Shown here: piece by piece, positions 12,985-26,697 of the stretch
How the letters are laid out: each line of letters starts with the position of its first letter
How positions within the stretch are numbered: position 1 is the first letter of the stretch
Origin: Selaginella moellendorffii
Taxonomy: Eukaryota > Plantae > Lycopodiophyta
Assembly (NCBI RefSeq): GCF_000143415.4
Contig: NW_003314420.1
Coordinates: 16,456-80,455 of the forward strand
Length of the DNA: 64,000 nt
Reading direction: 5' to 3'
The notes under the pieces: model-generated
Seen by the model: only the letters and a program-made list of their open reading frames with translations
Database searches by the model: none
What the model was told of the DNA's origin: nothing
Position numbers and translations under genes: made by a program

Positions 12985-14392
12985 ATGATATTTAGGCACC
13001 ATCTTTGACCATATGATTAATGTGGGTCAAAGGTATATTAAGGCATGGACTTAGGGTAAGGAACTTAACCTTGGAATGGTGGCAATATCATTGGTGCTGA
13101 TGGTTTAGACTATCTATGATGATGTTCATAATGAAATGAACAATAGGGTGAACCCTAGGCCAACCTCCCAACCCTTAAAGGCATTACCAGCTATGAAATA
13201 TTCTTGGAATATTCCTGTGGTTTGTGTCATTCTCCCCTCCCTCATGACCCAGCCACGTACAACAACCTCAAGAAGCTAAATGAGCTTCACATGAAGGGAG
13301 TCCAAGGCAATATGGCCATGGAGAAGAGATGTGCAAATGGCAACATTAATGTTGCAACAAATGGCCATGAAAGACAGAGCAATACAACTTTCTCGCACGA
13401 CAATACAGTCATGGAAACAAAAGAATGAGAATAGAACAAACAGCTCAAATCATATAGCAATATGGCTATAAAACTCAATTCTCCTCTTCCTTAGGAATGT
13501 CATCCAAGTCATAACAAAACTCGGAAACACTCTTTTCATATCATCCTCAATTTCTTATGTAGCTTTGTCTATGGAATAACCATTCCAGTGAACTAACAAC
13601 TCTTTAGTTGTCTTCTGGCGTGTTTTCACTAATCTTTGAGCAAGAATATTGGCCAGACCAACTTTCTCAACATCAATCTTTGGAACCTGAATGATGGACT
13701 AATCCATAACATCACCAGAATGCAAACACGCTTTAAGCTTGCTCACATGGAACGTTGGATGAATCTTCAAACTAGCTGGCAAATCCAAAATGTACGCAAG
13801 ATCCCCCACACGCTGTAAAATTGTTCAAGGCCCACAATACTGTGGAGATAACTTAGCACTACCACCTCCTTTTACAGACTGTTGTGCATCCGATAGCTTA
13901 AGGAAAACCTTGTCACCAACTTTGTACTCTTGATGACAATGATGCTCATTAGCCAATCTTTTGTCTCAATCTTGAGCTTGCCTCATGTTCAACTTTGCCA
14001 ACTCAAGTTTGTTTTGCATATCCTCCAGGAAATCACAAGCATGAGATACCCAAACCAAAGCCAAACTCTAACTCATGGGAGACCTAGGCTTATAACCATA
14101 CATCACCATAAACAGAGACATGCCAATAGCCAATTGATGAGTGCTATTATGAGCAAACTAAAGCAAAGGTACGTACTTGTCCCATACTCTTTGTTGAGTC
14201 ATGTTTCCCATGAAAGACCTCAATATATCTTCTAATAGCTAATTCATGCGCTCTATCTACCCATCTGATTGTGAATGCTCTCATGCTCAGCTTAGTTTTT
14301 AGCTTCTCAAAAACCATTTGCCAAAACTTGGATGTGAACTTGGGATCTTGATCACTCACAATGTCACCTGAAAAACCATAGAGACTGAATAA
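12985..14392 (-). mobile_element. Old Ty3/gypsy chromovirus, 3' part (integrase end, GPY/F, chromodomain, PPT, 3' LTR)
   Basis: Minus-strand [40 protein letters not shown] and chromodomain ELLVHWNGYSIDKAT*EIEDDM; SDQDPKFTSKFW integrase core; PPT (ttctcccctccctc on +) at 13230 abutting tgtgtca at 13229. The left LTR boundary is approximate. Confidence 0.8.
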
Positions 14393-14787
14393 TGTAAGCG
14401 ACTAATTTTTCCATTCTACTTTAGTCACTTAACCACACCTCCGACCGCTTGAAGGAGTCTCACTCACAACCTCCATAAGTCCTATTCCAGACTTGGGGAC
14501 TTGCTAGCCCCAAGAATGGCATCTGTGCCACTCAACTATTGCACTTGGTCCAAGTGCTCCACGTGTCTGGTCCCAAGACTGACACCCAAAGGTACCACTG
14601 ACATATCGGCCTGTTATGCTAAGGCCATGCCCATTCACCTTTGCCGCACTAGTGGTCCAATACCACTTGCATCACAATCCCATCTCTCCAAAACTAAGCC
14701 ATCTGTCCACGAGTGGTCAACCCAGATCCACTCCTTAGCATTCTTAGGATGCCTATAGACATGGGGAATAGTCCCCAATATCCCTTT

Positions 14788-15147
14788 TGTCAAGACCCCC
14801 AACAAGATCAAGACTAGAAAATGCTAAAGACAAAGAGAAAAGCTAGTGGAAACAAAGAAGAGGCCTTAGACTGGTGTTGATTCAGATTGTGGAGAAATGG
14901 AACAAGGCTAACCTATATATACTATAGGTTGATGAAGCTCCACCACTCTTGGATCGAGGATGGCCTAAATATAGCTGAGGTCGAGGAGGCGCCACATCAT
15001 CATCAGGAATATGGCTCGAGACTCAAGAATCGGGAAGTGTCTCGAGAGTCAGGAATAGGGAAGTGTCTCGAGAGTCAGGAATGTGGTCTACAGGTCAGGA
15101 ATCCAGCGAGAGTCAGGAATGTGGCAAGAATTGGGGGATTCCTGACA
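14788..15147. mobile_element. 360-bp solo LTR of an unrelated family nested in the left LTR
   Basis: tgtcaag...ctgaca with TSD CCTTT on both sides; absent from the sister LTR (20734-20745 is contiguous). Confidence 0.88.
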
Positions 15148-15754
15148 CCTTTGTCAGTTTCTACCTAGTCCCTTTTCAGTCCATGGCCATGTTCGCCGAC
15201 ACTGCCACTAGATCAAGGCCCACAGGCCCGACCACTAAGTCCCATGGTCCTTTGGGACTTCCTCACCATGTGATTGTATCCTTAGTCATTACACTANNNN
15301 NNNNNNNNNNNNNNNNNNNNNNNNNNNNNNNNNNNNNNNNNNNNNNNNNNNNNNNNNNNNNNNNNNNNNNNNNNNNNNNNNNNNNNNNNNNNNNNNNNNN
15401 NNNNNNNNNNNNNNNNNNNNNNNNNNNNNNNNNNNNNNNNNNNNNNNNNNNNNNNNNNAGTAGGTAGTGCCACCCACACTTGGACTGGGAGCATCGGCCA
15501 GTCGATCTCCCGGGGGAACTAGAGCCGGCTCTTGAACACTTCACCAAGCTACCCCGCTTGTCGGTCCGTATTCACTCTAGTCTTGGACTTCCCAGCGGTC
15601 AGTTCATCACCCAACACTGGGTCTGGCCTTCCTGGGCCAAACTGGCCTTTCCTGGCCAAACTGGCTCCACTGCAGTCCTCCCCCTTACTATACTTTTGGA
15701 GCTCACCAAACCCCCCAGGGTCTGGGAGACGAACACTTTGAGCTTTCACACTCT

Positions 15755-16052
15755 CAGACTCGAACTCAGATTCGGACTCGGACTCGGACTTGGACTAGGA
15801 CTCGAACTAGGACTCGGACTCGGACTTGGACTCGGACTCGGACTTGGACTCGGACTCAGACTCGGACTCGGGCTCGGTCTCGGCCTTGGCCTCGGTCTCG
15901 GTCTCGGTCTCGGTCTCAGTCTCGGTCCCGGTCTCGGTCCCGGTCTCGATCTCAACCTCGGACTCCATCTCAGGTCCATCTCGGACTCCATCTCGGACTC
16001 CGTCTCGGTCCATCTTGGACTCCATCTCGGACTCCAACTCGGGTCCATCTCG
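15755..16052. repeat. Compound (GACTCG)n/(GTCTCG)n/(GGACTCCATCTC)n array in LTR
   Basis: Directly visible; homologous arrays at ~21340-21670, ~23650-24135 and ~49450-50097. Confidence 0.95.
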
Positions 16053-19000
16053 GACACTTCCACGTGTCATGTGTTGGTCCTTTTGGGTCCCTTTTTGGAG
16101 CCTCGCTTATTGCTCGCTTCGTGCTTGTTCCCCAAGCCCTTTGTTGGGAGTTCCACTCCCGCTCTCGACCTTTCAAGTCGGAGCTCTTAGTCCAAACGTG
16201 TTATGCTCGTTTGGCTTTCGCTTCGGCCACTACCACGTGGCACCCTTCCGGCTCCACTTTGGGGCCTAGGGATTTTGTGTCTCACAACTCCACCACCCAT
16301 AGACAAAATTTGATGTCCTTATCGAATAGCAAACCCTTTTATAAAGTAACACCCGCAGGTATTACCATTTCCATCCTTGGCACCCAGCCAATATTGGTCT
16401 ATGGTTTGACCCCGAAGGCTCACCATGCCTTGTCCATCCTCTAAGGAGCATAGTCTCTCCAACATAGAGACTCACTCGACCACCTAGGGTGGTTTGCTCT
16501 TTTTTATTGGTTCAATTCTCGCTAAACCCTTTAGAGACACCCTCTCTAACTCAATTCCACTCATTCTTGAGTAGTCTCAGATTCCTTTGACATAACCTCT
16601 ACACTTTGGAGCTTTTAATTTTGACTTCTCCGAGTCAATTTCCTAGGTGTCTCCGACACCTTACGTTGCATATGGTGCAACTCCACTTCCCTATCCTAGG
16701 AAGTTCTTTACTTGAGGGTACCATCATCCTCTCTTTGATATTGTGCCACCTTTAGCACTAAGTTCCAGTTATCATAATTGGTGCTAGGGCTGCCCACAGC
16801 CCTATTATTTGACTACCTTACCGCTCCCCCCTTTGGAACATCCACTTTCGCCAAATCGGAGTGGTTGGGAATCCATCGTTGGGGAAACATTGCCTTTCCC
16901 ACAATCCGGTAGCACCCAACACATTAGTGTTCTCGGCCATTAGTGTTCTCGGCCTAACTTTGCCATTTGGATTCTTTCTCATGATTCCCATGGCTCTTTT
17001 CTTAGCCACTAGTCTTTTGCTCCTATCCTTGATTGTTGCACCTAGCAACATAGGATCGCTACCTCCATTTTTGAGGTTTCCTTTCAATTCCAAGCAAACA
17101 TTTTGCCTTGCTAGGTCTAGAGGGTGTTCACCCCTAGTACGTCTCTTTAACATTTTCTACTGTGGGCTCTATCCACGGCCCAACTTTTGAGACCCTCCCT
17201 TGGATCTCTTATAAAGACTACTATCCTCGGAGTTGCTATGCCATAGCATTGACATAGCTCATTTCCCTTAGGTGTTCTTCACACTTGGTCCCCTTGACCA
17301 AGCCACACCATTACCAATAGTTCAAATCAACACTTTGAACTAGAAATCATATTCCTTAACCCAAACAAAGACTTTGTCCTTGTTTAGCCACAAGATCAGT
17401 TGGTGATCTCATCTTGACCCCTTAACAGGTCTACTAATACGAACTAAGTCTTCCAACATTGTTGACTATGACCCCGGGGGCATCCCCCACACTTGGTGGT
17501 GCGCCCAAGCCAGCCTTTCCGGCCAAGGATCCATAGCAATTGAGACTGGGTGTCCCCATCTCATTCACCACGTCCTTGGTGCCCTTTGCACCAAAGTGTT
17601 CAAGTTAGATATGCCAAGCTTTCACTCTAAGCAATCTAACCGTGCATCACGACTCCGAGGCATCCCTCGCTTGGCAGTGTGCCCAAACCAGTCTCCTCAC
17701 TGAGAGTCCATGACCACCAAAATATGAGTGTCCTCATATTCCAAACCATCACCATGCCCTAGTGATTTGGGACTCGAACCCAAGCACTAGAGGGTCGGGA
17801 CTCGAACCCAACCTCCGTATATACATCTACGGACGGCACCACTTTAGATGCCTGGCCTGACTCCCCACGCCGATGCACCAACTTATACTTAAAGCGCGCC
17901 ATAGATCACAGCTTAGGAACCTAGTTCCTCCACACTGCCAAGTCCTCTCACTTGACACATCTATGATCATGCATGGACTCCTCCACACTTGGCCCCAAGG
18001 CCCCCCTTTATGAAGTTATCACCTTCAACTAGGGTATTTGTTCCCCCAACTTGCCAATTTCACTTGGCAAGTCCTCCGACCACCGTAATATGGTTTCTGC
18101 ATAAGTGTGAAAGTCCTTGACCATTGACTTTCGTTCAAAGCCCTCTCTTTGAACACTCGGGAACTACTTCCCTAACCTTGATAGCCTTGCCTCCTAGCAA
18201 GCTTCAAGACCATGCTTCTACTGCGCCACTCTGATTTCGCGCGTTCCATGAACCATTTACACTTTGGCCTTTCTAAGTACTAAGTTACCTAGAATCATCT
18301 TTGGGAACCTTAAAGGGACTCTATCCCTTAGCTTGCATAGGTCTCCCTTTTTGTAAGCTTTCTAGTTGCCATATAGTCTAACATGGATAATTCCATATTT
18401 TAGACTCTCCATGGCATCAAGGTTGTTATCAACAACATCCTCAAGCCCCCACTTGATTCTCCACTCCCAGCTGGCATAATCGACCTTGGTCATGCCCTTC
18501 AATTCCTACGATTTGGTTCTATCCCCTTACTACTTGCTTTTGGCTTCACACCTTTTCTTCAGGCATTCTCCTCTAGACTAGGAGTATAGCTTTACACTTT
18601 CTATCATGCCTTAGCAAATATTTTTAAGGATGAATCTACCTGATAGCCTAGGGAGTGGTTCCTCAATCCAAGTATGCTCACCTTATAATCCCACACACCG
18701 GGATTAACGTTGCTGCTCATGGGCCTTCACTAGCCTTGCCAAAATTTCATTTTTGGCTTTGTCCAATTTGGGTAGACAGTCTTCTCCCGTCTCCGCAACT
18801 TTGGACATTTGGATAGCACCTTTTATCCATCATTCACTAGGGGCTTAGTCCCTTGGTCTTTATTTATTGCCCTCGTGACACTAAACACCACCTCCTGGTG
18901 TTCTAGAGTGTTTGGGTGTCCCAATGATGGTCTCCTTGACAATAAGCATTTCCTTTTACGACATTGACTCACTATATCGCAACATAAGCAATTTATCCCT

Positions 19001-21906
19001 TATAAGGGTATATCTAACTTCCTTATGCCATTAAGAAGTCTTGGGTAGCTACCTTCTACCCAGTTAACCAATTATCTTTGCACCTCTTGCTTAGTTGCCC
19101 CATAGTTATCAATTCCTACAACTCATTGTGTGGTGCTTCCACGCCTCCATCATTATCTGGGTCACCACACTCCAACCACATGCCTTCCAACTTAGGCTAT
19201 GCCATTCCCATTTCCGTTGGGATTCCCTTTGGCAAAGGGTTCTTATGAACCTATCAACATAACCTCAAGGTATCACACCTTGGCACATTTGGTGTCTCCA
19301 CACCCTTGGCCCCATGAGCCCATCCTTATGACACTACTTATTAGCGTCTAGGTCTTTGCCAAGACCAATATGGTTGTTCCTTATGCTAACTATCCGTTAG
19401 CACCGCACTATAGTGTTTGCACCCAACTCTGGGCCAAAGTTACTTTCTTCTGGGAACATCTTTCCCACAACTTTAGTATGGCACATTCTGCCACCAATGA
19501 GATACCTACTGTTCTCATACTTGGATTTATGATCCTCCCCATACCTCATGGGGCACCATACACCTCAGTCCAAATGTTTCAACCAATCCCTTAGGACCAT
19601 TCCCTGACTCCACTTGAGTCATCCAGCATTTCGGACTTTGCTAATCTAACAACATGCGAGGTCTCAGTCTTAAAGGTGCCAACTCATTGGAATACAACTT
19701 CTTGTATTCATGTCCTACTCACAAGGACAATCTTTGCAAGTGTTACTCTGACACTTGATGATTTTCTTGGGGCTAACCTTTGCCCTTTATGACTATTTGT
19801 CCATATGATGAAAATAGCAACTCATCTTTAAGTACACCCCCAACTCCTTGGGTTGTTCCAGCATTTATTAGAGGTAGCCCCGACTACCATTTTAAGGACT
19901 GGTGTCCTCTTCTGTATTTGACCTCCCACGGTCAACAATTCCGGTCTCAAATTTATGAGTACCAGCCTCAACTATATAAGGGTAATCTTGTGACTCCTTT
20001 ATTGTTTTGGAGTCTACATCTTTCCCATGATCCCAACTATAATTGTTTACCACAATTACATTAGCTCGTTTGCTATGTCAAACGCTCATCTGGATCACAT
20101 CCTCAGCTCTCTGAGGAAACCCTTATACTATTCCCAAGATCCCAAAGTCGTTCCCTTACTGGCCCTTTTCCATCCACCATATCGTGCACAAGTTCACGTA
20201 TGAACTTGAGTGGAGAGCCATGTCCACTCGGCATGCTACTCCTCGAGGATAGATCCATATCTAGGACCTTCCAATTCCAATACAAGTGGTGATATACTTG
20301 ACCACCAATAAGAGTCGAACTAAGGAACAGCTCTGATACCAAGTTGTAAGCGACTAATTTTTCCATTCTACTTTAGTCACTTAACCACACCTCCGACCGC
20401 TTGAAGGAGTCTCACTCACAACCTCCATAAGTCCTATTCCGGACTTGGGGACTTGCTAGCCCCAAGAATGGCATCTGTGCCACTCAACCGTTGCACTTGG
20501 TCCAAGTGCTCCACGTGTCTGGTCCCAAGACTGACACCCAAAGGTACCACTGACATATCGGCCTGTTATGCTAAGGCCATGCCCATTCACCTTTGCCGCA
20601 CTAGTGGTCCAATACCACTTGCATCACAATCCCGTCTCTCCAAAACTGGGCCATCTGTCCACGAGTGGTCATCCTAGATCCACTCCTTAGCATTCTTAGG
20701 ATGCCTATAGACATGGGGAATAGTCCCCAATATCCCTTTGTCAGTTTCTACCTAGTCCCTTTTCAGTCCATGGCCATGTTCGCCGACACTGCCACTAGAT
20801 CAAGGCCCACAGGCCCGACCACTAAGTCCCATGGTCCTTTGGGACTTCCTCACCATGTGATTGTATCCTTAGTCATTACACTAGAGGACTGCTCCTCCTC
20901 CTTTCCCCCATTTGGGACTCCGGGGCAACATTTCAGAACACCATGGGCCTACGCAAGCCCCGTGGGTACTCTCCCCGCCTTCCGCCTTTAGGTGCTCTAG
21001 CCATGGGCTTAGAGCGAGGTTCCATTGAGCCATATCTGGTATCCAAGTAGGTAGTGCCACCCACACTTGGACTGAGAGCATCGGCCAGTCGATCTCCCGG
21101 GGGAACCAGAGCCGGCTCTTGAACACTTCACCAAGCTACCCCGCTTGTCGGTCCGTATTCACTCTAGTCTTGGACTTCCCAGTAGTCAGTTCATCACCCA
21201 ACACTGGGTCTGGCCTTCCTGGGCCAAACTAGCCTTTCCTGGCCAAACTGGCTCCACTGCAGTCCTCCCCCTTACTATACTTTTGGCGCTCACCAAACCC
21301 CCCAGGGTCTGGGAGACAAACACTTTGAGCTTTCACACTCTTAGACTCGAACTCGGATTCAGACTCAGACTAGGACTCGGACTCGGACTCAGACTCGGAC
21401 TCGGATTCGGACTCCGACTCGGGCTCGGGCTCGATCTCGGCCTTGGCCTCGGCCTCGGTCTCGGTCTTGGTCCCGGTCTCGGTCTCGGTCTCGGTCTCGA
21501 TCTTGGTCTTAGTCTTGGTCCCGGTCTCGGTCCCGGTCTCGATCTCGACCTCGAACTCCATCTCGGGTCCATCTCGGACTCCATCTCGGACTCCGTCTCG
21601 GTCCATCTCGGACTCCGTCTCGGTCCATCTCGAACTCCATCTCGGACTCCAACTCGGGTCCATCTCGGACACTTCCACGTGTCATGTGTTGGTCCTTTTG
21701 GGTCCCTTTTTGGAGCCTCGCTTATTGCTCGCTTCGTGCTTGTTCCCCAAGCCCTTTGTTGGGAGTTCCACTCCCGCTCTCGACCTTTCAAGTCGGAGCT
21801 TTTAGTCCAAACATGTTACACTCGTTTGGCTTTCGCTTCGGCCACTACCACGTGGCACCCTTCCGGCTCCACTTTGGGGCCTAGGGATTTTGTGTCTCAC
21901 AAATAA

Positions 21907-22653
21907 CTAGTCTATAAACAACTGAGCAAGTTCAAAAGCATTAATACTTGTCTTCACTAGGAAGAAGTGAGCCATCTTTGTCAAACAATCCACAACAACC
22001 CAAATAGCATCATTTCCTTGAAAGGTCTTGGGCAAACTAATAATAAAGTCTATCAAGATACTATCCCACTTATTCTTGGATACATGTAGAGGATGATAGA
22101 GGCTAGCAAGCTTTTGATGATCAACTTTGACTGCCTAGCAAGTCAAATAATCACATACGTACTTCTCAACATTTGACTTCATCCCAGACCAAAATAAATA
22201 CCACTTCACTAACATATACATTCTAAGTACCCCTAGATGCCTAGCACTTGGCATATCATGACACTCAACCAAAATTTGTTTGATGAGTTTGTTAACACGA
22301 GGAACCACTACACATCCCTTCTTCACCAGTATTCCATCTTGTATCCCAAATGATGCAAACTTCTATAAAGGTGTCCCTCAACAAAACCTTCGTACAAATA
22401 TTAGTGATAAAGGAGTCAAACTCAGTAAACTCTTGATGAATAAGATAGAACTTACCATCATAAATAATGCATCAGCCACCTTCTATCACCTCCATGCTTA
22501 TACCAGATCTTAATAGACATTTAGTTTTACTAATGAGCAAAGCAGCCTCGAAGATCCTTTTGTCGACTGAAATACTGGAGAGATTGATGGTTTGAATTTA
22601 TATGGAAGTCCAATTCATATAGATAATGTTGCCATTCCTTCACAGTAGCAATC
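21907..22653 (-). mobile_element. Continuation of the old chromovirus pol (RNase H end to integrase HHCC/core)
   Basis: VKEWQHYL...NHQSLQYF, ECHDMPSARHLGV...FWSGMKSNVEKYVCDYLTC and a WDSILIDFIISLPK-like segment; joins 14392 across the AATAA TSD. Confidence 0.8.
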
Positions 22654-25600
22654 TGTAAGCGACTAAATTTTCCATTCTACTTTAGTCACTTAACCACACC
22701 TCCGACCACTTGGAGGAGTCTCATTCACAACCTCCATCAGTCCAATTCAGGACTTGGGACTTGCTAGCCCCAAGAATGGCATCCATGCCACTCAACACTT
22801 GCACCTGGTCCAATTGCTCCTCGTGTCCGGTCCCAAGACCGACACCCAAAGGTACCACTGACATCTCGGCCCGTTACGCTAAGGCCATGCCCATTCACCT
22901 TTGCTGCACTAGTGGTCCAATACCACTTGCATCACAATCCCGTCTCTCCAAGACTGGGCCATCTGTCCACGAGTGGTCATCCTAGATCCACTCCTTAGCA
23001 TCTTTAGGATGCCCACAGACCTGGGGAATTGCCTTCCCCAAAGTCCCTTTGTCAGTTCCTACCAAGTCCCTTTCTGCCCCTGGCCATGTTTGCCAACACT
23101 GCCACTGGATCGAGGTCCACAGGCCTGACCCCTAAGTCCCATGGTCCTCTGGGACTTCCTCACCACACGACTGTGTCCTTGGTCACTACCCCAGAGGACT
23201 GCTCCTCTTCCTTTCCACAGTCTAGGCCTTTGGGACAACATTTCGGAACACCGTGGCCTTACGCGAGCCACCTAGGTACTCTCCCCGCCTTTCACCTTTA
23301 GGTGCTCTAGCCATGGGCTTAGAGTGAGGTTCCATTGAGCCACGCCTGGTATCCAAGTAGGTAGTGCCACCCACACTTGGACTGGGAGCATCGGCTAGTC
23401 GATCTCCCGGGGGAACTAGAGCCAGCTCTTGAACACTTCACCAAGCGACCCCACTTGTCGGTCCGTATTCACTCTAGTCTTGGACTTCCCAGTGGTCAGT
23501 TCATCACCCAACACTGGGTCCAGCCTTCTTGGGCCAAACTGGCCTTTCCTGGCCAAACTGGCTCCACTGCAGTCCTCCCCCTACTATACTTTTGGAGCTC
23601 ACCAAACCCCCCAGGGTCTGGGAGACGAACGCTTTGGGCTTTCACCCTCTCAGACTCGAACTTGGACTCGGACTCGGACTCAAACTCAGACTTGGACTCG
23701 GACTCGGACTCGGACTCGGGCTTGGGCTCGGTCTCAGCCTTGGCCTCGGTCTCGGTCTCGGTCCCGGTCTCGGTCTCGGTCCCAGTCCCGGTCTCGGTCT
23801 CGACCTCGGACTCCATCTCGGGTCCTTCTCGGACTCCATCTCGGACTCCATCTCGGACTCCGTCTCGGTCCATCTCGGAATCCACCTCGGACTCCATCTC
23901 GGACTCCGTCTCGGTCCATCTCGGACTCCATCTCGGACTCCATCTCGGGTCCATCTCGGACTCCGTCTCGGTCCACCTCGTACTCCACTTCAGGTCCATC
24001 TCGGACTCCATATCGGACTCCATCTCGGACTCCACTTCAGGTCCATCTCGGACTCCATATCGGACTCCATCTCGGACTCCACTTCGGACTCCATATCGAA
24101 CTCCAACTAGGGTCCGCCTCGGACTCCATCTCGGACACTTCCACGTGTCATGTGTTGGTCCTTTTTGGGTCCCTTTTTGGAGCCTCGCTTATTGCTCGCT
24201 TCATGCTTGTTCCTCGAGCACTTTGTTGGGAGTTCCACTCCCACTCTCAACCTTCCAAGTTGGAGCTTTTAGTCCAAATGTGTTACGCTCGTTTAGCTTT
24301 CGCTTCGGCCACTACCACATGGCACCCTTCCGGGTCCACTTTGGGGCCTAGGGATTTTGTGTCTCACAACTCCACCACCTATAGATGAAGTTCGATGTCC
24401 TCATCGAACGGTAAACCCTTTTATAAAGTAACACCCGCAGGTATTACCATTCCCATCCTTGGCACCCGGCCAATATTTGTCTATGGTTTGACCCCGAAGG
24501 CTCACCATGCCTTGTCCATCCTCTAAGGAGGATAGTCTCTCCAACTTAGAAACTGATTGGACCACTTGGGGTGGTTCTTTCCGTTTATTGGTTTAGTTCT
24601 CGCTAAACCCGTTAGAGGCACCCTGTCTAACTCAATTTCCACTACTCATTCTTGAGTAGTCACAGATTCCATTGATCTACCTTTGCACTTTGGAACATTT
24701 ACTTTTGACTTCTTGAAGTCAATTTCCTAGGTGTCTTCGACACCTTGCCTTGCACATTTTGTGCAACTCCACTTCCCCTCCTAGGAAGTTCTCTACTCGA
24801 GGGCACCCTCATCCTCTTTTCTATTTTTGTGCCACCATTGGCATTACATTCCATTTATCATTATTTGTGCTAGGGCTGTCCACGGCCCTATCTTTTGGCT
24901 ACTTAGTTGCTCCCTCACTTGGAGCCTTTCCTTTGCCAAATTGGAGCACTTGGGAATCCATCCTTGCAAGTCCACTTCTTTTTCCGCAATTCGTTAGCAT
25001 CAAACACATTAGTGTTCCTTGGCTAACTTTGCCACTTGGATTCTTTCCAATGGATTCCACGGCCCTATCTTGGGCACTCGTCTTTTGCTCCTATCCTTGG
25101 ATTGTTGCACCAAGCAACATAGGATCGCTACCTCCATTTTTGAGGTTTCCTTTCGGTTCCATAGCAAACACTTTGCTTTGCCAAGTCCAAAGGGTGTTCA
25201 CCCCTAGTACGTCTCTTTAACATTTTCTGTCGTGGGCTCTATCCACGGCCCAACTTTTTGAGACCTTCCCTTGGATCTTTTATAGAGACTACTTTCCTTG
25301 GACTTACTATGCCATAGCATTGACATAGCTCATTTCCCTTAGGTGTGCTTCCCACTTGGTCACCTCAACCAAGCCACACCTTTATCAATGGTTCAAATCA
25401 ACACTTTTGAACTAGGAATCATATTCCTTAACCCAAACAAAGACTTTGTCCTTGTTTTAGCCACAAGATCACCTAGTGATCTTATCTTGACCCCTTAATA
25501 GGTCTATCAATAGGGACTAGGTCTTCCAGACCCTTCTAAGTTGTTGACTATGACCCCGGGGGCATCCCCCACACTTGGCGGTGCGCCCAAGCCAGCCCTT

Positions 25601-26697
25601 CTGGCCAAGGATCCATAGCAACTGAGACTTGGGTGTCCCCATCTCATTCACCACGTCCTTGGTGCACTTTGCACCAAAGTGTTCAAGTTAGATATGCCGA
25701 GCTTTCACTCTAAGCAATCTAACCGTGCATCACGACTCCGAGGCATCCCTCGCTTGGCGGTGTGCCCAAACCAGTCTCCTCACTGAGAGTCCATGACCAC
25801 CGAAATATGAGTGTCCTCATATTCCAAACCATCACCACGCCCTAGTGATTTGGGACTCGAACCCAAGCACTAGAGGGTCGGGACTCGAACCCAACCTCCG
25901 TATATGCATCTACGGACGGCACCACTTTAGATGCCTGGCCTGACTCAACTTATACTCAAAGCGTGCTATAGATCACTGCTTAGGAACCTAGTTCCTCCAC
26001 ATTGCCAAGTCCTCTAACTTAATGAGTCTGTGATCATGCATGGACTCCTCCATGCTTGGCCCCATGGCCCACCCTTTTTGAAGTTATCACCTTCAACTAG
26101 GGTATTTGTTCCCCTGACTTGCCAATCTCGCTTTGGCAAGTCCTCCGACCACTGTAACATGGTTCCTGCACAAGCGTGAAAGCCCTTGATCATCAACTTT
26201 CGTTCAAAGCCCTCTCTTTGAACACTCGGGAACTACTTCCCTAACCTTGATAGCCTTGCCTCATGACAAGCTTCAAGACCACGCTTCTGCTGCGCCACTC
26301 TGATATCGCGCGTGCTTTGAACCATTTACACTTGGCCTTTCTAGGTACTAAGCTACCTAGAATCATCTTTGGGAACCTTGAAGGAACTCTGTCCCTTAGC
26401 TTGCTAAGGCCTCCCTTTTTGCAAGCTTTCCAATTACCATATAGTCTAACATGGACAATTCCATATTTTAGACTCTCCATAGCATCACGGTTGCTAGCGG
26501 CAACACCCTCGAGCCCCCACTTGATTCTCCACTCCCAGCTGGCATAACTACCCTTGGTTATGCCCTTCGATTCCTATGGTTTGGTTCTATCCCCTTACTA
26601 CTTGCTTTTGGCTTCACACCTTTCCTTCGGTCATTCTCCTCTCGACTAAGAGGATAGCTTTGCACTTTCTATCATGCCTTAACAAGTATTCTTAGGG
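22654..26697 (-). mobile_element. Second, truncated copy of the LARD-like element (3' LTR 22654-24368 plus 2.3 kb of interior)
   Basis: Same LTR termini and PPT; interior collinear with 16287-18625, then abruptly joins Ty3 pol. Confidence 0.88.

Larger units (their letters stand above)
14393..21901 (-). mobile_element. Full-length non-autonomous LTR element (LARD-like) with 5-bp TSD
   Basis: LTRs 14393-16286 and 20345-21901 (tgtaagcg...tctcaca); TSD AATAA at 14388-14392 and 21902-21906; tRNA-iMet PBS (gctctgatacca on +) just left of 20345; PPT (actccaccacccat on +) at 16287; ~4-kb interior without a recognisable gag/pol ORF. Confidence 0.9.

Noticed and set aside
15480-16269. Long ORFs with GL/DS/RP dipeptide repeats (also 21145-21906, 23377-24388, 49178-50211)
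   Set aside because: By-products of stop-poor 6/12-nt arrays in LTRs; open in several frames on both strands, and the frame is not conserved between copies.
23650-24135. CRISPR-like or telomeric array
   Set aside because: No unique spacers, no cas genes, not TTTAGGG; eukaryotic LTR context.
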